Shown here: piece after piece, positions 1-11,995 of the stretch | How the letters are laid out: every line of letters begins with the position of its first letter | Numbering within the stretch: the stretch's first letter is position 1 | Source: Octopus vulgaris | Lineage: Eukaryota | Direction: 5' to 3' | Length of the DNA: 64,000 nt | Assembly (NCBI GenBank): GCA_951406725.2 | Contig: OX597816.1 | Coordinates: 30,566,001 to 30,630,000, forward strand | The notes under the pieces: model-generated | What the model saw: the letters and a program-made list of their open reading frames with translations, nothing else | Database searches by the model: none | What the model was told of the DNA's origin: nothing | Program-made: the position numbers and the translations under genes

Positions 1-15
1 ATTACCCTATTTTAC

Positions 16-84
<69 letters not shown>

Positions 85-290
85 ATATACGTAAATATAT
101 ATATTACTCGTGTTGTCCCCATCTGCAGTACACGAGGCCTCCGGTGTAGTTGTATGTTATATATGTGTATGTATGTTATATGTATGTGTGTGTGTTAGTA
201 TATGTACCTGACTTTACCCCACACCCAACAGTGAAACGCATCGATTTTGAAACGTCACACTAATGCATGCTAATTTATTTAGCAGGTAAC

Positions 291-690
291 TTATCTTGAT
301 GTTTGGTGATTACAAATCTCAAATTTCAAGAATATTTCTTGAGGTTCTTGCAGAATATAGAATGGTACGAGCGTCCTCTGGCACTTCAAGAGCCAGCTAT
401 ATTCGACATTGTTGAAAGCCGTACTGCAATCTATCCAACAGCTAAATTCGTCTTCCTTACTCTCACACCTCATTTAATATTCTGCTATCTATATATAGCA
501 GATCAGAAGTCTCCTTTGATTTCTTGCAACATTTTTGTTCCTCTGGAAATAGATTCACCTTTTCCAGAAAATTATATACTCCATATGCTATGAAACAAGT
601 TAATACATTCCAGAGTAATGTTAAGCTAGTAATAAGTCTACAATTGCTTAAATGCCATCTCTTTTCTTTGTCCTTCTTTATCAATAATTT
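291..690 (-). pseudogene. Degenerate non-LTR retrotransposon RT fragment (R4/Dong-like, RLE-type)
   Basis: Across broken frames reads LFPEEQKCCKKSKETSDLLYID...WIDCSTAFNNVEYSWLLKC, resembling the EQKGC..GTKDQLLID..AWIDYKKAFDSVPHSW region of RLE-type LINE RTs; has stops and frameshifts. Confidence 0.6.
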
Positions 691-697
691 CGTTTGA

Positions 698-935
698 TCA
701 CATGCTTACCACGAAAAAATCCTGTCTATCTGATCTCATGCATAGCTTATCACCGTCATTAGTTATTGTACTATGAGCAGATAGTATAACTTCTGCCTCA
801 TACCTAGATAAATTAGAAATACGGTTCACAAATATAAGTGCCTTATGCAGTAATATTGGATTAAAAGTAGAATTATAACCTGAAATATCATATTGCATGA
901 ACTTATAGCTATTTTTATTTTCCAAACTTTTGAAT
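698..935 (-). pseudogene. Degenerate Penelope-like (Naiad/Chlamys-type) RT fragment
   Basis: FMQYDISGYNSTFNPILLHKALIFVNRISNLSRYEAEVIL...RQDFF resembles the F..FDI..FYPSI...LL.KAL.FA...I....I.II motif of Naiad-type PLE RTs. Confidence 0.55.
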
Positions 936-1128
936 CAACGAATATCATCCCAGTGCGTCAGACCATAGCATACCTTTAATTATGGATCTTAGAGTTGCTA
1001 AGTTTCTATCTACTATATTTTAATAAATCTACCTACACCCGATTTAGATGGGCATATCAGCCTAACTGTTGAATCACCTTAAGGTTAATTTTATATATAC
1101 ATATATATATATAAATAAATAAAACATA

Positions 1129-1169
<41 letters not shown>

Positions 1170-1818
1170 GTACCTACCTCTACATGTATATATACACGCA
1201 TATATGAGTACAGGGCACCAAAAAACGTCGGACACAATGAGAAACGAAAACATAGACACACACCCAAGGAACTGGACATTTTTCTTAAACAACAAAAAAA
1301 TAGAGTACAGGACAAATAACACAAGGAAAAAACCCTTCTTCAGTCGCCATGGTTTCAACTACTCTACGTTTCGAAGGTGAAGGCGAGACGTATCTTCGAT
1401 ATATATATATATATATGCAGGAAAATAGACAATGTATATGTTGCTTACAGTATTTGTTGACTTATAGTTTCCCGGTCTTCTGGTTATAGTGTTCTTGTTA
1501 CTGTTGTTGTAGATATGTATGAGGATAATGTAAGCATTGTGGTAGCAGTGATGGTCATGGTTTTCGTGGTGGTGGTGGTGGGTGTTTCGATAGTGGCTTT
1601 TAGTGTCGGCGGCGGGTACGAATCCTTTGGTTGTCAAAATTATCATCATGGTGGTGAAGATTTTGTTTGCCATGATCCTCATTGCTATCCTCATCATCAG
1701 GATGATATGATGGTAACAGTGAAATCGAAAATGTTCCAATTGCTTTCTTAACGGATTCATACGAGAACATATATGTACGTCAGATATTTCAACACACAAC
1801 TGTGTATGTAAATTCGTA

Positions 1819-1887
<69 letters not shown>

Positions 1888-2085
1888 GTGTGTGTGTGTG
1901 TTTGTGTGCCAGTATGTATGTGTGAATGTGTATATGTATGTATTTATAAGTACATATATATTTGTAAGCACTTAAGAATGTATGTTTATGCGTGTGTATA
2001 CCTGTGTGTGCATGTGTGCGTATAACGAATAAGTATCTTTATATATAATTCCACACACACAAATATATATGTATATATAAGTATG

Positions 2086-2121
<36 letters not shown>

Positions 2122-2127
2122 ACTTTG

Positions 2128-2159
<32 letters not shown>

Positions 2160-2705
2160 TATAACTATGTATATATATATATCTATGTATATATATATAT
2201 CTATATATATCTATATATACATATATATATATAAAAATATTTATATATATATACATAAATATATATATAATACTCCTGTTGTCCCCATCTGCAGTACACG
2301 ACGCCTCCGGTGTAGTTGTATGTTATATTATCCCAAGTTATTCTAGCTTCATTCCGCCTTGTTATTCTTAAATAAATCATTGTATTGTGATAAAAACATA
2401 ATATAAATACACAATGGAATTGTCCAAACTACTATTCGTATATTTTAGGATAATTTACCTTCCCTTCCGACTTGCTTGTTTTTCTTGAGTTATATTCTTC
2501 GTCAATATTTCGCTTCTGTAGTTATATTTATGCGCACTGCACGTGTTTGAGAGAGAGAGTGTGTGTGTGTGTGTGTGTGCGTGCGTGTGCGTGCGTGTGT
2601 GTGTGTCTGTGTGTGTATGTGAGTGCTTGTGTGTGTTTGTCGCTATGTATGTGTGTATACGATATCTATATCTATCTATCTATCTATCTATTTATATATG
2701 TATAC

Positions 2706-2745
<40 letters not shown>

Positions 2746-2756
2746 GTATACATATG

Positions 2757-2794
<38 letters not shown>

Positions 2795-2898
2795 CACCCA
2801 CACTCATATCATGGGTATATAGGTTTATATACATATATATATATACCTATATTTGCACACACATGTATACGTATATATACATAAATATACTTATATGC

Positions 2899-2937
<39 letters not shown>

Positions 2938-3721
2938 AATATATATATATATATACATACATATATATATGCACACAGATACACTCACACAAACACACAC
3001 ACTCACACTCACACAAACACAAAGACACACACACACACACACACACATGCATATATATAACGCTAGTGTGCTTCCTTTCATAGGATAAAATTTTCTGTAC
3101 AAATATTATATTCCGTTCTCTCGCTCTTTATTTTACAGAGGCAAAGTACTGTAATAAGTCGGTTCTCTATCTCTAATAACATATTTATATAGTATTAATG
3201 ATATGGTGTTTGGTAATAACAGTAATACAGTAGAATGTCTAAATATTTACTTTGTATCTATGTGTTCCTGAGAATGAGCGTGCTTGCCTCTGTGTCCCTT
3301 TGTTACTGTAAGCCAGTGTACAAGTATTTGAGTGAAAGTATATAAATCCATACAAACAAGATGGCATGAGATTTTAGCTATACGAAATGTATAGATAGAT
3401 AGACCAATATGTATATATATATACATATATATATATATATTATATCATATTATATTATATTATATTATATAATATTTATATTATGTTATATTATATATAT
3501 ATATATTTATATAATACAAAATGGGACAAGAACGCAAAACATCAGGACAGCTAGGTGATACAAAAAGGGACAATAAAATATCCAGATAGACGATACAAAA
3601 AAACAAGGACGGGTCATTCGAAGCTTCTATCCTCTGTCAAAAACTGGATCATCGTCGCAATCGCGGTTGATTATATATATATATATACTCAAAATAAGCA
3701 ACAAGAATAACTTCGGTAATT

Positions 3722-3805
3722 TGGTACGATCGTTTCACGCTACATCATATTATTAAATGTTGTAAGTATTACAACAGTTTTAAAATGATGAGCAATCATC
3801 AGCCA
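3722..3805 (-). ncRNA. Type I hammerhead ribozyme motif (CUGAUGA core, long stem II)
   Basis: Minus strand: ugg CUGAUGA uugcucauca...ugauguagcgu GAAA cgaucg UA cca. Stem I ugg/cca; stem III is the palindrome ACGAUCGU; GUA triplet; the first stem II pair is a U-U mismatch. Confidence 0.7.
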
Positions 3806-3909
3806 TTAATAGAAGTTTTCCATTAATATATAGTTTTCATATCAATTGATAACCTTATAGAGAAGGTAGATATATAGACAAAGATGTCGATTTAAATTAT
3901 ATATATATA

Positions 3910-4640
3910 TTTTCTTTTTATAGTTTCAGCTCAGAGCTATGGCCATGGTGGTGCACATTCGTTTTGCTACACTGTTATTACTAAGGGCCTCCTCTAATAT
4001 ATGGCACTTGGTGAAGAATGGATTTTGATATCGTTACCCTCATTTGCACCGCTTGCTCTGATGTAGGTTCATCTGGGACTCTAGACAGGAAGAGGTCCAG
4101 TTTCGACTTGAAAAACACCTACATCAGCTTTGTGTAGGTTCCTAAGGCTCTTTGGAAGAGTATTAAAAAGCGGAGGGCTCCTGAAAGACAGGCTGTTGCA
4201 ATAAATGGTCCTGAAGCACGATGGCATTGCTGGGACATTTGTCACTGCAGTGTCAACCCGTTATGGCACTGGTGTAACTTTCAATGCCAAAATTTGGCAT
4301 AATTCCTTCCAGGATCTTCCAGATGTATATTACTGCATACCTATCCCGCCTTCGCCCTAGGGAGTAGAGTCTTAGCTTTTTCAGCCTTTCCCAGTTGCTG
4401 AGCTGTTGCAATGAGACGATATTCTTTGTGTGGCTTCGCTGGATTGTTTTAAGGTCCGCTGTTAATTTTACACTGTTGGGTAGCAATAATCCAGGCGGCT
4501 GAGAACGAATGTCCTCTAGAGGACCATCATCGTTTCCTTTTCCCTTGTTCTGGATGTTCTCAGGATCCATCCATCCAGTCGTTTGTACTTTGCCACCATC
4601 CTGGTAATGTGCACTTGGAAAGAGGCATCGTCACTCATGT
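3910..4640 (-). mobile_element. 3' fragment of a CR1/L2-group LINE (RT C-terminus plus 3' UTR)
   Basis: [28 protein letters not shown] and IQRSHTKNIVSLQQLSNWERLKKLRLYSLGRRRDRYAVIYIWKIL match the typical Y.ERL..L.L.SL..RR.R..I..WKI RT tail; 5' truncated at a (TA)n tract. Confidence 0.75.
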
Positions 4641-4656
4641 CGATATACTTATACAA

Positions 4657-4659
<3 letters not shown>

Positions 4660-4753
<94 letters not shown>

Positions 4754-5150
4754 CATATATAAATTAATATATGTATGTATATATATATATATACATATAT
4801 CTATGTATGCATATATATACATATATATATATATTTATATATGTATATATATTATATATATATATATTTATATATGTATATATATATTATATATATATTT
4901 ATATATATATAATATGTATATTTATATATATATAAATACATGTGTATATACTTATATATATATAAATATATGTGTCTATATTTATATATATTATATGTAT
5001 ATATATGTAAATATATATTAATATATGTATATTTACATATATATATATATTTATATACATACATACATATATATATATATACTCTCACACACGCACATAC
5101 AAACGCGAAACCACATATATACTTGTATATGTATATATATGTATGCATAT
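4660..5150. repeat. Degenerate (TA)n/(TATG)n microsatellite field
   Basis: Visible directly. Similar fields occur at 1-100, 1820-2270, 2550-3060, 13400-13620 and 58630-58960. Confidence 0.95.
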
Positions 5151-5915
5151 ATCTATAAGTGTGTGTGTGCGCGTGTGTGTATGTATAACACGTGTCTATA
5201 TATGATATACATAATTCACCTATAATATACATAATGGATTTATGTATGTGCTTATGTCTGAGTGTGCCTGTGTTTATGTATGAGTATGTGTGTACACTGG
5301 AAATATTCATATATGTATACACGTGTGTATGCGGGCTTTTATGTATGTGTGTATGCGCTTATCTCTACTTGTATGTCCCCGTTTTACTGATGCACGCCAG
5401 CTTAATTCTATTGTGTGAATATTTACATGTTTGTGAGCTTGGGTGTAAATACACTATAAATACTTTATATACAGATATTTCGTGATTAACTATGATACAT
5501 CTCAAATTTGGAAGACAAACAGAACGTAATTGCTGCTGTATAATAAATAATTTCACTCTCCTTCCGCATTGAGTCCGTTTTCCTGTTAGTTAATTCAAAA
5601 CATAAAGATTTTTTCCGCTACCTGAACTTAGAAACCTCGCTCACATATACGCATATACACACATGCACAAACAAACGCACAGACACGAATATAAGTACAG
5701 GGGTGGCGTATATTTTAAAGGAAAATATCAAAAATTGATAGTGACTTTGAAGTTTTAGTTGTTGCTGAGTACGTCAAACTGATAGTCAAAGGAATCCATC
5801 GATCGATGAAAATATCAAAATTATTATCAGCTTTTCCTTTGTAGATATAAATGTAATAATCTAATTGGATGTACTGAATTATCGTACAACGTGTGATATT
5901 TAAAAAAAAAATATA

Positions 5916-6315
5916 GGCGTAGGAGTGGCTGTGTGGTAAGTAGCTTGCTTACCAGCCACATGGTTCCGGGTTCAGCCCACTGCGTGGTACCTTGGGCAAG
6001 TGTCTTCTACTATAGCCTCTGGCCGACCAAATCATTGTGAGTAGATTTGGTAGACGGAAACTGAAAGAAGTCCGTCGTATATGTGTGTATATATGTGTGT
6101 GTATGTTTGTGTGTCTGTGTTTGTTCCCCCAGCATCGCTTGACAACCGATGGTGGTGTGTTTACGTCCCCGTAACTTAACGGTTTGGCAAAAGAGACCGA
6201 TAGAATAAGTACAAGGCTTACAAAGTATATGTCCTGGAGTCGATTTGCTAGACTAAAGGCGGTGCTTCAGCATGGCCACAGTCAAATGACTGAAAAAAGT
6301 AAAAGAGTAAAAGAG
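5916..6315 (+). mobile_element. tRNA-derived SINE, family A (GGCGCAGGAGTGGCTGTGTGGTAAG head)
   Basis: A-box-like TGGCTGTGTGG and B-box-like GGTTCAGTCC; internal (TA/TG) tract; AAAGAGT tail; several near-identical copies in the window. Confidence 0.85.
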
Positions 6316-6399
6316 ATGCATTAGAAACCTTGGTATTATATGTATGAATGTGTGTATGTATGAGTGTGCATGTTTGTGTGTATATATATGTACATATGT

Positions 6400-6722
6400 G
6401 AAGGCCCGTGGCTTAGTGGTTAGGGCATTCGGCTCACGATTGTAAGGTCGTGAGTTCAATTCCCGGCGACGCGTTATGTCCTTGAGCAAGACACTTTATT
6501 TCACGTTGCTCCAGTCCACTCAGCTGGCAAAAATGATTTGTACCTGTATTTCAAAGGACCAGCCTTGTAACACTCTGTGTCATGCTGAATCTCCCTGAGA
6601 ACTACTTTAGGGGTACACTTGTCTGTGGATTGCTCAGTCACTTGCACGTTAATTTCACGAACAGGCTGTTCCTTTCATCGTATCAGCTGGGACCCTCGTC
6701 GTCGTAACCGACGGAGTTCTCC
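6400..6722 (+). mobile_element. tRNA-derived SINE, family B
   Basis: Head GGC.CGTGGCTTAGTGGTTAGGGCATTCGGCTCACG...GAGTTCAATTCC has A/B boxes; the 3' tail is shared with family C; second copy at 55941-56232 (-). Confidence 0.85.
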
Positions 6723-6835
6723 TTGTATGTACATATATAATTTATATGTGGCTGTGTGGTAAGAAGCTTGCTTCCCAACCACATGTTTCCAGGTTCAGTT
6801 CCACTGTGGTAACTCGGACAGGTATATGCTTATAT

Positions 6836-7072
6836 AAGGCGGCGAGCTGGCAGAAACATTAGCACGCCGGGCAAAATGCTTAGCGGTATTTCGTCTGCCG
6901 TTATGTTGTGAGATCAAATTCCGCCGAGGTCGACTTTACCTTTCATCCTTTCGGGGTCGATAAATTAAGTACCAGTTACGCACTGGGGTCGATGTAATCG
7001 ACTTAATACCTATGTCTGTCCTTGTTTGTCCCCTCTGGATTTAGCCCTTTGTGGGTAATAAAGAAATAGGTA
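6836..7072 (+). mobile_element. SINE family D monomer (core resembles the MetaSINE domain)
   Basis: AAGGCGGCGAGCTGGCAGAA head followed by CCGAGGTCGACTTT.CCTTTCATCCTTTCGGGGTCGATAAATTAAGTACCAG core; many copies in the window. Confidence 0.8.
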
Positions 7073-7212
7073 TAGGCTTATATTCAATTTGTCCAAGTTT
7101 TGGACATTCTGATGTTTGGTGGAAAAATGTCTTGTACACTCTACCACACAATATACCTGAAGCCAAGAAATACTGCTTTGATGACCAGAGGTTATATCCT
7201 TGTCTGGATGGA

Positions 7213-7593
7213 AACACTCCGTCGGTTACGACGACGAGGGTTCCGGTTGATCCGGATCAAACGGAACAGCCTGCTCGTGAAATTAACGTGTAAGTGGCTG
7301 AGCACTTCACAGACACGTGTACCCTTAACGTAGTTCTCGGGGATATTCAGCGCGACACAGAGAGTGACAAGGCCGGCCCCTTGAAATACAGGTACAACAG
7401 AAACAGGAAGTAAGAGTGAGAGAAAGTTGTGGTGAAAGAGTACAGCAGGGATCACCACCATCCCCTGCCGGAGCCTCGTGGAGCTTTTAGGTGTTTTTGC
7501 TCAATAAACACTCACAACGCCCGGTCTGGGAATCGAAACCGCGATCCTATGACCGCGAGTCCGCTGCCCTAACCACTGGGCCATTGCGCCTCC
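7213..7593 (-). mobile_element. tRNA(Arg)-like SINE, family C
   Basis: Head GGAGGCGCAATGGCCCAGTGGTTAGGGCAGCGGACTCGCGGTCATAGGATCGCGGTTTCGATTCC; near-identical copies at 15156-15512 and 32443-32807. Confidence 0.9.
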
Positions 7594-7729
7594 ACATATC
7601 CTTGTCTAACAGTTGAAGGACAAGGCAATATCAAAAGTTATGTAATCAAATGATACAAAGATGCAGGAATGGTTGACAAAACAACAGGTTAAAGGAATTT
7701 CGGAGGGAAATCCAACAAAACAATTTCAC

Positions 7730-7917
7730 CTCGTCGTCATCGTCGTCGTCGTCGTCGTCCTCCTCCTCCTCCTTCTCTTTTCCATCATCGCGTCGTCATC
7801 ATCGTCCTCCTTCATCAATCCCCGTCCACCACCTCTTCCATCCCTTCCTCCCTCCCTTCCTCCTTCCGTCCATCCATCCATTTTCGCCCTCCTCCTTCTC
7901 GCCCACGTCCTCCACCT

Positions 7918-7992
<75 letters not shown>

Positions 7993-7995
7993 CAC
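7730..7995. repeat. Compound trinucleotide microsatellite (GTC/CTC/CTA/CCA)
   Basis: Visible directly; it explains the poly-V/T/S ORFs. Confidence 0.9.
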
Positions 7996-8567
7996 AACAC
8001 ACTTGACAAACAGACGCCATCTGACCAAATACTACAGACACACAGACACATCTATTCACACACACGCAGAGAGACACACATATTCACCTCATCCTAACCC
8101 CAAAATCATTGATGCTTGAAGGAAAGCCAAAAAAAGAAAAAAGCGGGTACATCTTTTTCAATTCTACATTTCTGCTAAAACGGACAGGTCAGTAAACAAG
8201 CTCGCCTTGAATTCATAATATTCTGTACTGACCCTGAGATGTATAATATATTTGTTTTAATCTTTTCTGCTCATTTTTTCAAATATTCTCATCATACTGT
8301 TGTACTTTCTTATGTCCTTAACATGTCCTTGTTACCAAAGACTGTATATATACATGTAATGTGGCAATTTGCAACAACCAATAATTAACGCAACCAAACT
8401 TCCAATAATATATTTGTTTTATTCTTTTCTGCCCATTTTTTCAAATATTCTCATCACACTGTTGTACTTCTTTATGTCCTTAACATGTCCCTGTTACCAA
8501 AGACTGTATATATACATGTAATGTGGCAATTATGTAAAAAAATTTTTTCAATTCATAATATTCTATG

Positions 8568-8612
8568 TTACTTTTGACAATCTTTTTCCAAAGAGTGAAA
8601 CCGGTTAAGTAA
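8568..8612 (+). ncRNA. Minimal type I hammerhead motif, U3-A8 variant
   Basis: uuacuu UUGACAA ucuuu(uucc)aaaga gu GAAA ccgg UU aaguaa. 6-bp stem I; palindromic stem III ACCGGU; GUU triplet; two unpaired nt before GAAA. Confidence 0.55.
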
Positions 8613-8699
8613 ATAAAGATCTTTTAAATTGCATTTTCAAACCTTCTTTCGTATATAATTCCACTCGTGCGATACCCCACAACTCAAGTTTGTTATATA

Positions 8700-8756
<57 letters not shown>

Positions 8757-8757
<1 letters not shown>

Positions 8758-9052
8758 TCATCATCATCGTTTGACGTCCGCATTCCATGCTAGCATGGAT
8801 TGGACGATTTGACTGAGGTCTGGCGAACAAGATGGGTGCACTGGACTCCAATCTGATCTGGCAGAGTTTCTACACCTGGATGCCTGCCCTTCCTAACGCC
8901 AACCACTCCGAGAGTGTAGAAGGTGCTTTCACGTGCCACTGGCAGGAGGGCCAGTGAGGCGGTTCTGGCAACGGCCACGCTCAAATGGTGCTTTTTATGT
9001 GCCCCATCACAGGAGAAGTCTAGCGGCACTGGCAACAACCTCGCTCGAATGT
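8757..9052 (-). mobile_element. RTE-type LINE/SINE 3' end with (ATG)n tail
   Basis: GGATGCC..CCTTCCTAACGCCAACC motif typical of RTE 3' regions; (TCA)n tail abutting (TA)n. Confidence 0.6.
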
Positions 9053-9407
9053 TTTATATATATATATATATATATACGCACACGTCCAGACCACCAGCCC
9101 TCTTTCACACGCACATACATACTCATTTATACACACACACACCTTCGTGTTATAGGTTATCTTTACTTTGTTATCTCCCCTACTTTCCTTCTCGTGTGTC
9201 CGAGTCAGACGCCATGATAGATCGTTAGCCACTACACACATTTTTTTTCTCTCCTTGTTTCTCTCCTTGTTTTCTGTGTCCCTTTCTGTAGAAGAGCGTA
9301 GGCTCGAAACGTAAAAGACTTTTTCTATTCCTGAGCGTTATACTAATACATCTGTTTGTTTTGTACAGCACCTGTCTTCGTCTTTTGTCTTTTTCGTATA
9401 CTGTCCC

Positions 9408-9443
<36 letters not shown>

Positions 9444-9447
9444 AGTA

Positions 9448-9505
<58 letters not shown>

Positions 9506-9671
9506 AGGAATAAAATGTTTTGAATGACACAACAATGCACTATAATACAAACAATGATATATATATATATATGCATATTCTGTTGTGTCTGGGGAGTGTC
9601 ATTTTCTTTTTGTGTCTTACAATCTAACACACTCAACGGTAAAATTTCCACCTATTTCTTATTTTATATTC

Positions 9672-9708
9672 CTAAAATTTTCGTTGCGTCTTGTAACCTT
9701 TTCAATAG
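9672..9708 (-). ncRNA. Minimal hammerhead motif, U3-A8 variant, at the centre of a fold-back element (arms ~9572-9680 / ~9716-9822)
   Basis: cua UUGAAAA g guuac(aagac)gcaac GAAA au UU uag. Stem I cua/uag; stem II 4 of 5 pairs; palindromic AAUU. Confidence 0.5.
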
Positions 9709-9893
9709 TCTTGCAATTTTAGTAAAATAAAAATAAGAAATAAGTGGAAATTTTACTGGTGAGTGTGTTACATTATAAGGCACAAAAAGAAAAAGATTCT
9801 CCCCAGACACTACTGAATATGCTTCAACACACGAACTCATCTAAAGAATCTTGCAAACCAAATTCAAAAGCGAAATATATATATATATATATA

Positions 9894-10060
9894 GGCGCAG
9901 AAGTGTCTGTGTGGTAAGTAGCTTGTTTACCAACCACATGGTTCCGGGTTCAGTCCCACTGCGTGGCATCTTGGGCAAGTGTCTTCTACTGTAGCCTCGG
10001 GCCGACCAAACCTTTGTGAGTGGTTTTGGTAGACGGAAACTGAAAGAAGCCCGTCATATA

Positions 10061-10091
<31 letters not shown>

Positions 10092-10302
10092 CTGTGTGTG
10101 CGTGTATGTTTGTGTCTCTTTGTTTGTCCCACCCAACATCGCTTGAGACCCGATACGGGTGTGTTTATGTCCCCGTCACTTAGCGGTTCGGCAAAAGAGA
10201 CCGATAGAATAAGTACTGGGCTTACAATGAATAAGTCCCGGGGTCCAGTTGCTCCAGCATGGCCGCAGTCAAATGACTGAAACAAGTAAAAGAGTAAAGA
10301 GT
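9894..10302 (+). mobile_element. SINE family A
   Basis: Aligns by eye to 5916-6315. Confidence 0.85.
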
Positions 10303-10457
10303 ATATATATATATATATATATATTTATTTATATATAGAGGGCATTATTATACATACATGCCTCACGCTAAGAGGGACATCAGTCATTTCTACCAAAAAA
10401 TTTTACTAATCATACCCAATGCAATTTTTCAAAGCAAGACATTTAAAAAATGAATTT

Positions 10458-10521
10458 AGTCTTGTATCACCTGTAATTTCGTACTTACCGCAGAGTTGCG
10501 ACCGTACTCATCAGCAAGACT
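10458..10521 (-). ncRNA. Type I hammerhead ribozyme (canonical core)
   Basis: agucuug CUGAUGA guac(ggucgcaacucugcgguaa)guac GAAA uuac(ag)guga UA caagacu; all three stems pair. Confidence 0.9.
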
Positions 10522-10854
10522 GATTCTGAATATATCATAAATAAACGACCTGTACCGTCGAAGTCGAACAGCCATCTGCTCTCTCCAAACGAAGCACATG
10601 GAGAAGTTTACATATTATACATCCGGTAAATGGCGGGCTTCTTCGAATTGCATTTCGGGTAGGAAAAGTTTTTTCGGAATAAATTTAAATTTAACAATTA
10701 AGGATAACTTCTTAATAAGGAATCTTAACAAGAGATTATCAGGTAGATAGCGTGAAAAACCTCATAAGAGAAAAATTTCGAAAATAATTCTTTCTTATTG
10801 ATGGCTGTTCGACTTCGACGGTACAGGTCGTTTATTTATGATATATTCAGAATC

Positions 10855-10918
10855 AGTCTTGCTGATGAGTACGGTCGCAACTCTGCGGTAAGTACGAAAT
10901 CACAGGTGATACAAGACT
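10855..10918 (+). ncRNA. Type I hammerhead ribozyme (canonical core)
   Basis: agucuug CUGAUGA guac(...)guac GAAA ucac(ag)guga UA caagacu. 7-bp stem I, 4-bp stem II with an extra cgca/ugcg helix, 4-bp stem III plus the A-U pair; predicted cleavage after A10911. Confidence 0.92.
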
Positions 10919-11166
10919 AAATTCATTTTTTAAATGTCTTGCTTTGAAAAATTGCATTGGGTATGATTAGTAAAATTTTTTGGTAGAAATGACTGATGTC
11001 CCTCTTAGCGTGAGGCATGTATGTATAATAATGCCCTCTATATATAAATTAATATGTTCAATAAGAAAGAATTATTTTCGAAATTTTTCTCTTATGAGGC
11101 TTTTCACGCTATCTACCTGATAATTTCTTGTTAAGATTCCTTATTAAGAAGTTATCCTTAATTGTT

Positions 11167-11215
<49 letters not shown>

Positions 11216-11306
11216 CGGGAAGCTTTATGAAAATAAACAAAAGACGAAGGCAGGTGGAGTACAAACAAACAATTGTATTAGTATGGCGCTCAGGAATATG
11301 TATATA

Positions 11307-11363
<57 letters not shown>

Positions 11364-11569
11364 GTATATTTATTTATATCTCTATGTATGTATGTATTTC
11401 TATCTATCTAATTTACTTTTCTGTTAATATATGATCAACAAAATAAGTATACCATCCTGTGAGACATAATCATTATTTAATGTACACACTAAATATTTAC
11501 AAATTTCTAATAGTTTTAAGCATCGTAGATGCAGGCAAGTTTTAGCAACACACCCTGTGTCTCCAATGA

Positions 11570-11726
11570 ATCTTACTACTACCACTACTTCTATTATAAT
11601 TGCTACTTCTTATACTACTACCTTTACAACAGCTGCTATTACTTCATTTGCTAGTAGTTATGCTGGATATAACATTATCAATCATAGTGAACATGACAAT
11701 AATAATAATGAGAAAGATAATGACGT

Positions 11727-11779
<53 letters not shown>

Positions 11780-11919
11780 TTACTACTTCTACTACTACTA
11801 CTACCATCACCACCACCACCATCACCACCACCACCACCACCACCACCACTACTACTACTACTACTACACCACCATCACCACTACTGCTACTACTACCACC
11901 ACCACCACCACCACCACCA

Positions 11920-11970
<51 letters not shown>

Positions 11971-11995
11971 CGCCACCACTAACAACAACAATAAT
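11570..11995. repeat. (CTA)n/(CCA)n microsatellite
   Basis: Visible directly. Confidence 0.9.

Larger units (their letters stand above)
10322..11171. mobile_element. Non-autonomous PLE-associated/retrozyme-like element with double inverted architecture
   Basis: 10322-10576 is the reverse complement of 10800-11055, and ~10688-10800 is the reverse complement of ~11059-11171; flanked by (TA)n on both sides; carries two HHRs. Confidence 0.75.

Noticed and set aside
1074-5560. Numerous [12 protein letters not shown] ORFs here and throughout the window
   Set aside because: Translations of (TA)n/(CA)n microsatellites with no coding signal.
7520-7593. tRNA-Arg-like sequence
   Set aside because: It is the head of a multi-copy SINE and continues into the SINE body, so it is not a tRNA gene.
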